This document shows, in pieces, positions 1 through 8,811 of a stretch of DNA of 45,014 nucleotides (positions are counted from its first letter, which is position 1; each line of letters begins with the position of its first letter). A program made the translations under genes and the position numbers. The notes beneath the pieces were generated by a model. The model ran no database searches. It saw nothing but the letters and a program-made list of their open reading frames with translations, and was not told where the DNA came from. The stretch comes from an uncultured Lachnospiraceae bacterium. GTDB lineage: Bacteria; Bacillota; Clostridia; UBA1381. The stretch spans positions 1 to 45,014 of the forward strand of contig CAZBXN010000001.1 in the NCBI GenBank assembly GCA_964496015.1, given 5' to 3'.

Positions 1-202
1 GCGGCGTTATGCCCTCCGCCTCGGCAATTTCCTGTATTTTCTGACCGTGCTCGTCTGTTCCCGTAAGGAAAAACACGTCCTTGCCGATAAAACGGTTAAA
101 GCGCGCTATCGCGTCCGTCAGCACTATTTCGTAGGTGTTGCCGATATGCGGCTTTTTTGACGTGTACGCAATCGCGGTTGTAATATAAAATTTATCGCTC
201 AT
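1..202 (-). CDS. metG: methionine--tRNA ligase, N-terminal fragment (gene continues beyond the left edge)
   Basis: Not in the ORF track. The reverse complement reads ATG (200-202) then [67 protein letters not shown]. It has a class-I aaRS HIGH-type motif (PHIGN) and the GTDEHG block typical of MetRS. The start overlaps the upstream stop by 11 nt. Confidence 0.8.
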   Translation of the reverse strand, partial: MSDKFYITTAIAYTSKKPHIGNTYEIVLTDAIARFNRFIGKDVFFLTGTDEHGQKIQEIAEAEGITP

Positions 203-1394
203 TGTCATCACTCTCCATTAGGTTTATAAAAAATTTTTTGAATGCTATGCACTGTTTTTTTATCATCGCGCCGATTGATTTTATAATGCGTATGGGCGCG
301 TCGAAAATTCCCGCCTTATAAAAGCTTATGATTATCATAAGTATAATCGGTCCCAAGATAAGACCGCCGATACTCAAGGTCTTATAGCCGACGTACATTG
401 ACATAAGCGTCGGTATCGGGTGAAGTCCCATGCCTGTACTCACGAGCTTCGGCTCGGCAAAACGTCGCATAATCGTAACGGCTATATATATGATAATTAA
501 GCCGATACCGAGCTTTATATTGCCGTTTAAAAACGCTATAACCGTCCACGGCCACAATATCAGACCGCTTCCGAAAAACGGCAGCGCGTCAACAATCGCA
601 ACGCAAAGCGCGATTAAAAGCGCGTAATCGGTTCTCAAAACCGTAAGCCCCAGAAACATTATCACAAATGAAATTATCATCAAAAATCCCTGCGCTTTTA
701 TATAGCCGCCGAGATATTTTTTAAGCTCTTGTTTAACGGCGTAAATCCTTTCGTAAAACCGTTCGCTGAACAGCTTGTGCAGCGATTTCTGAACCGCGTC
801 ATGCACCGCTTTGTTTTCCGACACCATGAAATATGCCGAAAGCAAAAATACGATTATTCCGACAAACACGCTCGGCAGTGCCTTTGCGAAATTGCCCGCA
901 TAATTTACCATAGGCGAGGATTTTGTGTCAATGAAATTCGCCGCCTTATCCGATATGCTGTCGCCTAAAGCCGTGAGCGACTGCTGAATGTTCACGGGCA
1001 TATTTACATAAATATTCGAGAACTTTTCGCCCAAGGCGTGAATACTGTTTCTCGCGTTTTCGTAAATTATCGGGAACTGCGTGTACAACATTCGCGACTC
1101 GTCAACGATTTTCCATATCGCGAAAGTTATAACGCCGCCCAAAAGTCCTACTATAAGAATAATTACAAGAACTGCGGACAGTCCGCGGGGGATTTTAAGC
1201 CGTTTCTGCAAAAAATCCGCAAGCGGGTTTACAAGCATTGAGAATAAATATCCAAGCAGAAACGGTAAAAACAGGCTTACCAGAAATCCCGCAAGATTTA
1301 CGATTTTCGGCAGGAAAAAGTATATTCCCACGCACGCCAAGGCGAGAACGCCCGCGAATATTATAACCCGTATCCAGTTTTTTTTGATTTTCAT
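192..1394 (-). CDS. AI-2E family transporter (PerM/YtvI-like integral membrane protein)
   Basis: 400 aa ORF with multiple hydrophobic spans. Architecture and motifs (..LPFLLGYLF.., ..[14 protein letters not shown]..) match my recollection of the AI-2E/UPF0118 family. ATG at 1392-1394. Confidence 0.7.
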   Translation of the reverse strand: MKIKKNWIRVIIFAGVLALACVGIYFFLPKIVNLAGFLVSLFLPFLLGYLFSMLVNPLADFLQKRLKIPRGLSAVLVIILIVGLLGGVITFAIWKIVDESRMLYTQFPIIYENARNSIHALGEKFSNIYVNMPVNIQQSLTALGDSISDKAANFIDTKSSPMVNYAGNFAKALPSVFVGIIVFLLSAYFMVSENKAVHDAVQKSLHKLFSERFYERIYAVKQELKKYLGGYIKAQGFLMIISFVIMFLGLTVLRTDYALLIALCVAIVDALPFFGSGLILWPWTVIAFLNGNIKLGIGLIIIYIAVTIMRRFAEPKLVSTGMGLHPIPTLMSMYVGYKTLSIGGLILGPIILMIIISFYKAGIFDAPIRIIKSIGAMIKKQCIAFKKFFINLMESDDNER

Positions 1395-1412
1395 AAAATC
1401 ATCTCTCTTTAA

Positions 1413-2621
1413 TTATCTGTCTAAGAACCTGTTCATCAGCGTATATCCCTTTTCAATATAAATGCCCGTCTTTTTGCCGTTTTCCTCGGTATAAGAAAGA
1501 TTTGTCGGAACGTCCTTTGTGCTGTCGTAGATAACGTACGGTACAGGGTCGCTGACATGAGTTTTCAGTTTAATCGGCGTCGGGTGGTCGGGCATGATAA
1601 GCATTTTATAATCAATTCCACGCTTTTCAAGCTCGTCTTTTAAGAATTTTACGACCTTTTTGTCAATCGTTTCAACCGCGTATTTTTTCTTTTCAGGAAG
1701 TCCCTGATGCCCCATTTCGTCGGGCGCCTCCATGTGGACGTAAACAAAATCGCTGCCGCCAAGCAACGCGTCAAGCGCAGCCTGCGCCTTGCCGTCCCAG
1801 TTTGTTTCGCAGTTGCCTGTCGCGCCCTCGACGTCAATCGAGTTCATTCCCGCACATTTTGCGATACCCTTAATCAAATCAACCGCCGAAATTACGCTGC
1901 CCTTTAAGCCGAATTTCTGTTCAAAATTATCAAGCTGCGGTTTTGTTCCCTCGCCCCATGGCCAAATTGAAGTCGCGGGATTTTTGCCCGCCGCGGCGCG
2001 CGCCTTGTTTACGGGGTGATTTTTCAGGATTTTCTCGCTCTTTTTCATCATTTCAAGAAATTTCTCCGCGCCGTCGCCCTTTGGCAGATGGTCTTTGATT
2101 TTCTTGTCGGAAATATCATGCGGCGGCGTAAGGTCAACTTTTGTGCTGCCGTCCTCCCATACGCAAAGGTGACGGTAGCTGATACCTGCATAAAATTTAA
2201 TTTTGTCGGTGTCAAGCTCGTCGGCTACGGCTTTTATCAGTTCTGCCGCTTCTTCGGTCGTAATTTCGCCCGCGCTGTAGTCAAGCATTGTTTTGTCCTC
2301 GTAATTTTCTTCGTCCGAAAGTGTTACGAGGTTCGTTCTGAACGTAACGTCGTTGTCCTTTAACGGCACGCCGATTGACGCCGCTTCAAGCGGCGAGCGT
2401 CCGCTGTAGCACTTCTTTGTGTCATAGCCCATAACCGACAAGTTCGCAACGTCCGAACCAGGTTTCATGCCGTCCTGAACGGTCTTTACCATGCCAAGCT
2501 CGCCGTGAGCACACATATAGTCGATTGTCGGCTTTTCGGCAACCTCCAAAATGGTCTTTCCGTTAAAATAATCTACGGGATAGTCCGCCATTCCGTCGCC
2601 TAAAATTACAATATATTTCAT
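1413..2621 (-). CDS. apgM: cofactor-independent phosphoglycerate mutase, ApgM-type metalloenzyme
   Basis: 402 aa. The N-terminus MKYIVILGDGMADYP and C-terminal ..HMEAPDEMGHQG.. / ..MPDHPTP.. metal-site motifs are typical of this family. SD AGGAGGA lies 7 nt upstream of the ATG. Confidence 0.8.
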   Translation of the reverse strand: MKYIVILGDGMADYPVDYFNGKTILEVAEKPTIDYMCAHGELGMVKTVQDGMKPGSDVANLSVMGYDTKKCYSGRSPLEAASIGVPLKDNDVTFRTNLVTLSDEENYEDKTMLDYSAGEITTEEAAELIKAVADELDTDKIKFYAGISYRHLCVWEDGSTKVDLTPPHDISDKKIKDHLPKGDGAEKFLEMMKKSEKILKNHPVNKARAAAGKNPATSIWPWGEGTKPQLDNFEQKFGLKGSVISAVDLIKGIAKCAGMNSIDVEGATGNCETNWDGKAQAALDALLGGSDFVYVHMEAPDEMGHQGLPEKKKYAVETIDKKVVKFLKDELEKRGIDYKMLIMPDHPTPIKLKTHVSDPVPYVIYDSTKDVPTNLSYTEENGKKTGIYIEKGYTLMNRFLDR

Positions 2622-2638
2622 TTTACTTTCCTCCTAAG

Positions 2639-2833
2639 TTAAAATTTATAATCTATTCCACTTTGTTTCATAATAGCGTTTGCGGTATGACGCGATTTTA
2701 TTTTTCCGTCAACCGTAATATGACAATCGGTAACAGGACTGTACCAAATATCATGGTCACCTTTTCCACGTCTTACAAAATAGCAGCTATGCTGTTTTAA
2801 AATTTCTCTTACCTTCTTTTCATATTCTGCCAT
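2639..2833 (-). CDS. hicA: HicA-family toxin (mRNA interferase) of a type II toxin-antitoxin pair
   Basis: 64 aa. The ..RRGKGDHDIWYSP..KSRHTANAIMKQSGI.. pattern matches the HicA/YcfA family. Its ATG (2831-2833) overlaps the stop of the upstream small ORF by 1 nt (TAATG). Confidence 0.8.
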   Translation of the reverse strand: MAEYEKKVREILKQHSCYFVRRGKGDHDIWYSPVTDCHITVDGKIKSRHTANAIMKQSGIDYKF

Positions 2834-3051
2834 TACAAAGCAATCCTTTCGTGACGCGTTGATTTGAAATTCAGATTAAGCATTGGTGTTTGTTTCTTAT
2901 TTAAGTCAAGCAGCTCCGGCACCGCGAAACGCAAGCGTTCAATCATTGCGTCATACGAACCGGATTCAAGTACAAGTCCCGGAATATCATCACTTGTTGC
3001 AACCCAAACCTGAGCGTCATTATCCCAAGTTAAAAATATAGTATAATCCAT
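2833..3051 (-). CDS. hicB: HicB-like antitoxin (DUF1902-type small protein)
   Basis: 72 aa. The N-terminal MDYTIFLTWDNDAQVWVATSDDIPGLVLESGSYDAMIERL resembles the HicB/DUF1902 fold. It is translationally coupled to hicA. SD AGGAGGA lies upstream of the ATG at 3049-3051. Confidence 0.65.
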   Translation of the reverse strand: MDYTIFLTWDNDAQVWVATSDDIPGLVLESGSYDAMIERLRFAVPELLDLNKKQTPMLNLNFKSTRHERIAL

Positions 3052-3066
3052 AATTTCCTCCTGTTT

Positions 3067-3927
3067 TTACTTTATTTTCGGCAGTATTGCCACTGCATTT
3101 CTACCTACGTGAGTGCCGATAAGCGGTCCGAACTCGGTATACATTGTTATGCAGTCCTCGCCAAATTCCGATTTTAACAGCGCGCACGCTTTTTGACCGC
3201 GCTCTTCGTCAGAGTGAATAACGATAAATTCGGGATTTTCCGCGTCAAAATCGGGGTCCTCCTTGATTTTCTCAATCAGCTTTTCAAGCAGCTTTTTCTT
3301 GCCGCGCAATTTATCCATATTCTCGACAAGACCGTGTTCAATCGTCAAAATCGGCTTAATGTCAAGCATTGTTCCGACAAACGCTGCAGTTTTTGAAAGC
3401 CTGCCGCCCTTTTCAAGGTATTTGAGCGTATCAACAAGCAGATAACACCGCCATGACACTATATATTTTTTACAGTCTTCTATTATTTCATCAGCCGATT
3501 TGCCGCTTTCAGCCATTTGCGCGGCGTGAACGGCAGTTTGAGCAATATATCCCGAAAACTTCTGCGTATCGACAATGCGGAAATCGGCTGTCGGATTTTC
3601 CTCAAGAATTTCTTCGCGCACCAGATTTGCCGTCTGATACTGTCCGCTTGCCGTGCCAGACAGTGCAAAATAAATTACCGTTTTATGCTTTTTGCACTGC
3701 TCCGAGAAAAAGTCGAGCATATCGCCGTAAGGCGTCTGCGAGGTGGTAGGGAAGCCGTCAAAGGTTTCAAGCCTGTCGAAAAACTCCGCGTTCGTTATAG
3801 TAACGCCCTGAATAAACTGTTCCTCGCCGAAAAGGCTTAAAAACGGCAAAATGTCAATATCGTATTTCTCCGCGTCGGCGGGCGGTATATCCGCGCCGCT
3901 GTCAACTATAATTTTTATATCCGCCAT
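3067..3927 (-). CDS. DegV family fatty-acid-binding protein
   Basis: The ORF track gives 3067-3948 from a GTG. The ATG at 3925-3927 (MADIKIIVDSGADIP...) is preceded by AGAAAGGAA and avoids overlap with trmL. DegV signatures are present: IVDS.ADIP, GTHVG. Confidence 0.85.
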   Translation of the reverse strand: MADIKIIVDSGADIPPADAEKYDIDILPFLSLFGEEQFIQGVTITNAEFFDRLETFDGFPTTSQTPYGDMLDFFSEQCKKHKTVIYFALSGTASGQYQTANLVREEILEENPTADFRIVDTQKFSGYIAQTAVHAAQMAESGKSADEIIEDCKKYIVSWRCYLLVDTLKYLEKGGRLSKTAAFVGTMLDIKPILTIEHGLVENMDKLRGKKKLLEKLIEKIKEDPDFDAENPEFIVIHSDEERGQKACALLKSEFGEDCITMYTEFGPLIGTHVGRNAVAILPKIK

Positions 3928-3941
3928 AATTATATTCCTTT

Positions 3942-4433
3942 CTACCACGTAAATTTAGTCAATTGTCCGAGATTTTTTAAATTATCAAAGCCTTGCTGCC
4001 GTAACGCTTCATATACAATCACCGCGACTGAATTTGACAAATTCAGACTTCTCGCTTCTTCAATCATGGGTATTCTTATGCAGCGTTCCTCGTGCTCGTA
4101 AAGAAGTTCTTCGGGAAGTCCCGCGTCCTCGCGCCCGAACATAATGTAGTCGTTGTCGCGAAATTCCGCGTCCGAATATACATGCGGAGCTTTTGTCGTA
4201 GCGTAAAAATACCGCGCGCCCTTTGTCTTTTCAAAGAAATCCGCCAAATTGTCGTAATACTGTACATTCAGTAAATGCCAGTAATCAAGTCCCGCGCGCT
4301 TTAAGTTTTTGTCGGTAATCTGAAACGCCGTCGGACGGACAATATGCAGTCCGCAGCCCGTCGCGGCGCAGGTGCGCGCTATGTTGCCCGTATTCTGCGG
4401 GATACGCGGCTCAACCAAAACTATATTAAACAT
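3942..4433 (-). CDS. trmL: tRNA (cytidine/uridine-2'-O-)-methyltransferase TrmL (SpoU family)
   Basis: 163 aa. MFNIVLVEPRIPQNTGNIARTCAATG... and the C-terminal SLNLSNSVAVIVYEALRQ knot motif. SD GGGAG upstream. Confidence 0.85.
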   Translation of the reverse strand: MFNIVLVEPRIPQNTGNIARTCAATGCGLHIVRPTAFQITDKNLKRAGLDYWHLLNVQYYDNLADFFEKTKGARYFYATTKAPHVYSDAEFRDNDYIMFGREDAGLPEELLYEHEERCIRIPMIEEARSLNLSNSVAVIVYEALRQQGFDNLKNLGQLTKFTW

Positions 4434-4566
4434 ATTTTTCTCCCGTGAAAATTATTATCTGTAAATTTTGCCCTTAGTATATCATAGTATAACATATTTT
4501 TAAATGGTTTTCAAGACATAAAAACCCAAACGCCGTTAAAATTTCTGCAAATAACGCAAAAAAAGC

Positions 4567-4595
4567 TTGACAAAATACGGCAAAATCTATATAAT
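4567..4595 (+). promoter_or_regulatory. sigma-A type promoter for rpmH-rnpA operon
   Basis: TTGACA (4567-4572), 17 nt spacer, TATAAT (4590-4595). Both hexamers are perfect, about 77 nt upstream of the rpmH ATG. Confidence 0.6.
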
Positions 4596-4671
4596 AACAT
4601 AGGTGTCTGAAAAAATCGGAAACAAGACAGCCAAACGGGGCTGTTAAGCAAGAATTAGGAGGTGCTGTAAT

Positions 4672-4806
4672 ATGAAAATGACATTTCAGCCGAAAAAGCG
4701 TCAGAGAGCCAAAGAACACGGCTTCAGAAAAAGAATGGCGACAAAATCGGGCAGAAAGATATTGGCGTCAAGAAGACGCAGGGGCAGAAAGTCACTGTCT
4801 GCATAA
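4672..4806 (+). CDS. rpmH: 50S ribosomal protein L34
   Basis: Not in the ORF track (44 aa). [52 protein letters not shown] at 4657-4662. Sits in the canonical position upstream of rnpA. Confidence 0.95.
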   Translation: MKMTFQPKKRQRAKEHGFRKRMATKSGRKILASRRRRGRKSLSA

Positions 4807-4815
4807 GTATGTAAT

Positions 4816-4847
4816 TTCGGGCTGCTCAGGTTTTACGGCAGCCCGAA
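4816..4847 (+). terminator. hairpin between rpmH and rnpA (partial terminator or processing element)
   Basis: 10 bp stem TTCGGGCTGC (4816-4825) / GCAGCCCGAA (4838-4847) with a 12 nt loop. Only a short T run follows it. Confidence 0.35.
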
Positions 4848-4868
4848 TTTAATATTCGGAGCTTTAAG

Positions 4869-5216
4869 ATGAAAGACACAAAAAGCTTAAAACTGAACAG
4901 GGATTTTCGCAGACTTTATTCAAAAGGCAAAAGCTATGTCGGCGGTTACACGGTTGTGTATGCGTCAAAAAACCGTTTTAATGGAAACCGTTTAGGGCTT
5001 ACCGTTTCAAAATCAATCGGAAAAGCCGTAAAACGCAACAGATTAAAGCGGCTTATGCGTGAGAGCTATCGGTTAAACGAGGAAAAACTTTTAAAGGGCT
5101 ATGATTTTATAATCGTAGCGAGAAACCGCGCGCTCGGCAAAACGCAGCCGCAGATTGAAAAAGACATCATGCACGCCATGAAAAAGCTGGAGCTTTTGAA
5201 AGGTCTGACAGATTGA
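4869..5216 (+). CDS. rnpA: ribonuclease P protein component
   Basis: 115 aa, basic. ..[17 protein letters not shown].. is the RNR motif. Position after rpmH. SD GGAG 7 nt upstream. Confidence 0.9.
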   Translation: MKDTKSLKLNRDFRRLYSKGKSYVGGYTVVYASKNRFNGNRLGLTVSKSIGKAVKRNRLKRLMRESYRLNEEKLLKGYDFIIVARNRALGKTQPQIEKDIMHAMKKLELLKGLTD

Positions 5217-5217
5217 C

Positions 5218-5430
5218 ATGAAAAAAATACTGATATATTTAATTAAATGTTACAGACACTGCATTTCGCCCTATAAGGGCGGACAATGCTGCCGTTTTAT
5301 TCCGACCTGCTCGCAGTATGCGATGGAGGCGATAGAAAAATACGGCGCGTTAAAAGGAACATATCTTGCGGTAAGGCGGCTGTTAAAATGCCACCCCCTG
5401 CATAAGGGCGGGTACGACCCGGTACCTTAA
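5218..5430 (+). CDS. yidD: membrane protein insertion efficiency factor YidD
   Basis: 70 aa. ..[22 protein letters not shown]...R.L.CHP.. signature. Located between rnpA and yidC. Confidence 0.9.
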   Translation: MKKILIYLIKCYRHCISPYKGGQCCRFIPTCSQYAMEAIEKYGALKGTYLAVRRLLKCHPLHKGGYDPVP

Positions 5431-5460
5431 AAGGTACAGCCGTAAGAGAAAGGAAGGCTT

Positions 5461-6414
5461 ATGTTTGAAGTTCTTATTACCAGACCTATGGGCTGGATAA
5501 TCGAGCAAATTTACAGCTTGGTTTCAAATTACGGTCTTGCCATTATTCTGTTTACGATTATCATAAAGCTTATTCTGCTCCCGCTCAACGTGCGGTCGCA
5601 GAAGGCGATGAAAAAGCAGCAAAAAATTCAGCCGATTATGGCGGAGCTTCAGAAGAAGTACGCAAACGACCAGGAAAAGCTGCAAAGAGAAATGATGAAA
5701 ATCTATAAGGAGAACAACATCAGTATGACGGGCGGCTGTCTGCCGCTTCTGATACAGATGCCTATTCTTGTAGGTCTTTACAGGGTAATTCAAAGACCTA
5801 TCACCTATCTTGCAGGCGTGAGTATCACCGAATTGCAGGAGGGCGCGATGGCGGAGAAGATTATCATGCTCCGTGACGCGATGGCGGACAAAATAGGAAA
5901 TCTTGCGTCCGCAGGAGTTGATATGATTGCGAAAAATTCGCAGATACAGTTGTCCAAATGGGCTGAAATTATAAACGGTTCGTCAGACCCGTGGGCGATT
6001 AACTTTAATTTCTTTGGACTTGATTTGGCAAATACGCCGTCAGCGGCGTTTAATTATTTGTTCCGCGGCGATTTCTCAAACTGGGCGGCAATCGCATTGC
6101 TTATTATACCGATTTTAGCCGTTTTGGCGTCAATCGCTCAGATGAAAATATCGCAGGCGCAGACGGGACAGACAAATAACGACAATGCAAATCAGTCGGC
6201 GAAGATGATGAATATGATGATGCCGATTATGACGCTGTTCTTCACGGTAACGCTTCCGTCCGGACTCGGCATTTACTGGATAATCAGTTCATTGGTGCAG
6301 ATAATACAGCAGGTATTGTTAAATTATTATTTCGATAAGAAGGGGGAGGACGTAATTGTCACAATTCCAGAAAAAAAACAGCTCCACGGAGCAAAGAGCA
6401 AAAAGCGTAGATGA
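5461..6414 (+). CDS. yidC: membrane protein insertase YidC/SpoIIIJ family
   Basis: 317 aa. Motifs ..QKKMQ.. P.M.E.Q.KY.. GCLP.L.QMPI and a basic C-terminal tail KSKKRR. SD GAAAGGAAGG upstream. Confidence 0.9.
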   Translation: MFEVLITRPMGWIIEQIYSLVSNYGLAIILFTIIIKLILLPLNVRSQKAMKKQQKIQPIMAELQKKYANDQEKLQREMMKIYKENNISMTGGCLPLLIQMPILVGLYRVIQRPITYLAGVSITELQEGAMAEKIIMLRDAMADKIGNLASAGVDMIAKNSQIQLSKWAEIINGSSDPWAINFNFFGLDLANTPSAAFNYLFRGDFSNWAAIALLIIPILAVLASIAQMKISQAQTGQTNNDNANQSAKMMNMMMPIMTLFFTVTLPSGLGIYWIISSLVQIIQQVLLNYYFDKKGEDVIVTIPEKKQLHGAKSKKRR

Positions 6415-7261
6415 GGCTGTTGAGGCAGCATTAAAAGAGCTTAACGCATCGAGAGATGATGTTGATATTGAAGTAATAGAAGAACCGTCAAAGGGATTTT
6501 TGGGTATAGGCGCGCATGACGCGGTTGTACGGGTAACCGTAAAGGGCGCGGAAAAGAAAACGGAAAAAGCGGCGAAGGCGCCGTCAAAGCCGAAGGTAAT
6601 ACCCGAAGACGCCGATAAAACGGCAAAAGAGTTTTTGGACGGCATTTTTAAGGCTATGAACTTAGAAGTTCAGATTGATGCAAAAAAGACGGACGAAGGC
6701 GTCGATATTGAGCTTTCGGGCGACAACATGGGCATAGTAATCGGCAAGCGCGGCGACACGCTCGACAGCTTGCAGTATCTTACCTCGCTCGTTGTAAACA
6801 AGGGCTCGGAGGACTATGTAAAGGTTTCTCTCGATACTGAAAACTACAGAGAAAAGAGAACGGAAACGCTGCTTTCGCTTTCAAACCGTCTTGCGGAGAA
6901 GGTAGCAAAGACAGGCAAGCGCTTTACGCTTGAGCCGATGAATCCGTATGAAAGACGCGTTATTCATTCAAATTTGCAGGATAACGAAAACGTGACGACA
7001 TATTCAATCGGACAGGAACCGTACAGAAAGGTCGTAATTGCGCCGAAGAACGCTAAGTACAATAAGCGCGACAGAGATGGCAAAGACAGCCGCAGACGCG
7101 AACGCGATAACCGCAGCCAGCAGACAACGCATACGGCGGCGGAAAAGACAGGCAGCTATACGACAACGTATAAGGCTGACTTCAAGCCGCAGCAGCATAA
7201 AGCGGAATACAAGAATTTCGAGGATTATCTCGCGGCTCAAAAGGCTAAGGAAGAAGAATAA
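6356..7261 (+). CDS. jag: Jag/KhpB RNA-binding protein (Jag_N, KH and R3H domains) with a long basic C-terminal tail
   Basis: 301 aa. KSVDEAVEAALKEL.. (Jag_N), ..GKRGDTLDSLQYL.. (KH) and ..PMNPYERRVIH..L (R3H). TTG start at 6356 is preceded by the strong SD AAGGGGGAGG. No other in-frame start codon exists before the Jag_N domain. Confidence 0.85.
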   Translation: MSQFQKKNSSTEQRAKSVDEAVEAALKELNASRDDVDIEVIEEPSKGFLGIGAHDAVVRVTVKGAEKKTEKAAKAPSKPKVIPEDADKTAKEFLDGIFKAMNLEVQIDAKKTDEGVDIELSGDNMGIVIGKRGDTLDSLQYLTSLVVNKGSEDYVKVSLDTENYREKRTETLLSLSNRLAEKVAKTGKRFTLEPMNPYERRVIHSNLQDNENVTTYSIGQEPYRKVVIAPKNAKYNKRDRDGKDSRRRERDNRSQQTTHTAAEKTGSYTTTYKADFKPQQHKAEYKNFEDYLAAQKAKEEE

Positions 7262-7273
7262 TATTTTCACAAT

Positions 7274-7306
7274 AAAAAATGCTTGTGTTTTACACAAGCA
7301 TTTTTT
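7274..7306. terminator. bidirectional rho-independent terminator (jag / convergent membrane protein gene)
   Basis: AAAAAA-ATGCTTGTG-loop-CACAAGCAT-TTTTTT. The 9 bp stem is flanked by an A tract and a T tract. Confidence 0.75.
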
Positions 7307-7316
7307 GTGCGTTTAT

Positions 7317-7958
7317 TTATTTGTTTCTTGCAATATCGTAAAATCCCGCCTTTACAAGACCGAGGAACAGTTTTATAAACAGAAGATATACAATTGTGAT
7401 AAGCGCGTCTATCGTTGCGAAAAACGAGCCGACAACGGGTATAAGCGACAGCAGCGCGAAGATGGTAAACACAAGCGCGAACGCTATAATCGGCAGGAAT
7501 ACCGCCACAAATATCTGTCCCTTTATGCCGCGCGTTTTTCTGATTGACTCCTTGACGGCGTCCGTCGCGGAAACATTCGGACTTTCAAGCAGGATATACG
7601 GCGTAAAGGAATACGCTATTGTCTTTATTACCGCGAATACAATTCCCGCGATGGGGATAAGCCCCCAAATGAAAATCCACAGCGCCTTCCATAACATTCC
7701 GCCCGCGGTATGCTTAAAATTCTTAAAACCGTCAAAAAGCTGCTCGCTTTTTACTTCGTATCCCTTATATCCGTTAAGGAACATAACGGACATGCCCGCT
7801 CCGATTACCATTGTTATCGGAATTGTGATAATCGGCACGGTACTGCCGAAAATCGTAATTAAAACGCATATCAGAACGCTTAAAAGCGACAGACCCCATA
7901 ATTTGACGGGCTTATTCATCATTGCGCGCCATGCGTCTTTATAAATATTTATAATCAT
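7317..7958 (-). CDS. integral membrane protein, DUF975-like topology (family uncertain)
   Basis: 213 aa with about 5 hydrophobic spans. The ..LW..LW.F.WGLIPI.GIV....K...Y.F.PYIL...P..SA..A...S pattern resembles the DUF975 protein at 10043-10723. SD AAAGGAAG upstream. Confidence 0.45.
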   Translation of the reverse strand: MIINIYKDAWRAMMNKPVKLWGLSLLSVLICVLITIFGSTVPIITIPITMVIGAGMSVMFLNGYKGYEVKSEQLFDGFKNFKHTAGGMLWKALWIFIWGLIPIAGIVFAVIKTIAYSFTPYILLESPNVSATDAVKESIRKTRGIKGQIFVAVFLPIIAFALVFTIFALLSLIPVVGSFFATIDALITIVYLLFIKLFLGLVKAGFYDIARNK

Positions 7959-7982
7959 GATTTTTCTTCCTTTCGTGTCCGT

Positions 7983-8672
7983 TTATTTTTGACCGTAATA
8001 CGCGTTTGCGCCGTGTTTTCTCAGATAATGCTTGTCAAGAATTGTCTGTGAGATAGACGGAAGCCCAGGTGAAAGCTGCATACAGCGCAAAGCCATTTTT
8101 GCCACTTCCTCCAATACAACCGCGTTATGAACCGCGTTTTTCGCGTCGGTTCCCCATGCGAACGGGCCGTGATTTGACACAAGCACGCCGGGGATTGCCG
8201 CAGGGTCTTTGTCCTTAAAGGTTTCGATAATAACAAGCCCCGTATTTTTCTCGTAATCGTTCATGATTTCCTCGTCCGTCAAAAGACGCGTCGCAGGAAT
8301 TTCGCCGTAGAAATAATCGGCGTGAGTTGTGCCGAACGCGGGAATTCCCTTGCACGCCTGAGCGAACGACGTCGCCCATGACGAGTGCGTATGAACTATT
8401 CCGCCGCATTCGGGGAACGCTTTATAAAGCTCCAGGTGCGTCGGAGTGTCCGAGGACGGGTTCAAATCGCCCTCAACCTTGTTTCCGTCAAGGTCTACAA
8501 CAACCATATGCTCGGGTCTCAGCTTGTCGTATTCAACACCCGACGGCTTTATGACAAACAAACCCTTGCCGCGGTCTATACCCGACACATTACCCCAAGT
8601 GAAGGTCACAAGTCCGTACTTCGGCAAATCAAGATTTGCTTTCCATACCTGCTCTTTTAATTCTTCTAACAT
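7983..8672 (-). CDS. araD: L-ribulose-5-phosphate 4-epimerase (class II aldolase fold)
   Basis: 229 aa. [43 protein letters not shown] and ..HTHS.WAT..AQ.. are typical of AraD/SgbE/UlaF. SD GAGAGGAAGGA upstream. Confidence 0.8.
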   Translation of the reverse strand: MLEELKEQVWKANLDLPKYGLVTFTWGNVSGIDRGKGLFVIKPSGVEYDKLRPEHMVVVDLDGNKVEGDLNPSSDTPTHLELYKAFPECGGIVHTHSSWATSFAQACKGIPAFGTTHADYFYGEIPATRLLTDEEIMNDYEKNTGLVIIETFKDKDPAAIPGVLVSNHGPFAWGTDAKNAVHNAVVLEEVAKMALRCMQLSPGLPSISQTILDKHYLRKHGANAYYGQK

Positions 8673-8725
8673 ATTATTCCTTCCTCTCTGACCGTTTTTG
8701 CGGTAAATTTATACCATATATAATT

Positions 8726-8754
8726 ATTATAATATGAAATATCAAAATAATCAA
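8726..8754 (-). promoter_or_regulatory. sigma-A type promoter for araD
   Basis: On the minus strand: TTGATT (8749-8754), 17 nt spacer, TATAAT (8726-8731). Confidence 0.5.
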
Positions 8755-8768
8755 TATAAATTTTGATA
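8740..8768. promoter_or_regulatory. perfect 9 bp inverted repeat (candidate operator) over the araD -35 region
   Basis: TATCAAAAT (8740-8748), 11 nt spacer, ATTTTGATA (8760-8768). The spacer contains the predicted -35 hexamer. Confidence 0.4.
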
Positions 8769-8770
8769 AT

Positions 8771-8799
8771 AACAAAACACCCTGTTTTTTAACAGGGTG
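8771..8799 (-). terminator. rho-independent terminator downstream of ilvE
   Basis: On the minus strand: CACCCTGTT-AAAA-AACAGGGTG followed by TTTTGTTATT. Starts 13 nt after the ilvE stop. Confidence 0.7.
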
Positions 8800-8811
8800 C
8801 CGTTATTTTTA

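Noticed and set aside
4434-4671. Possible oriC / DnaA-box cluster upstream of rpmH
   Set aside because: I found no TTATCCACA or TGTGGATAA matches, even allowing one mismatch, in this spacer. The only near-match I saw in the window (TTATCCACG, 11103-11111) is isolated inside the autolysin gene.
4474-4719. 81 aa minus-strand ORF spanning the rpmH promoter and start
   Set aside because: It overlaps a perfect plus-strand promoter and the rpmH SD and start. The composition is Phe/Cys-rich and there is no SD.
7038-7547. 169 aa plus-strand ORF running from the jag 3' end across the terminator into the next gene
   Set aside because: It is an alternative frame of the Arg/Lys-rich jag tail. It crosses a strong bidirectional terminator and runs antisense to a membrane protein gene.
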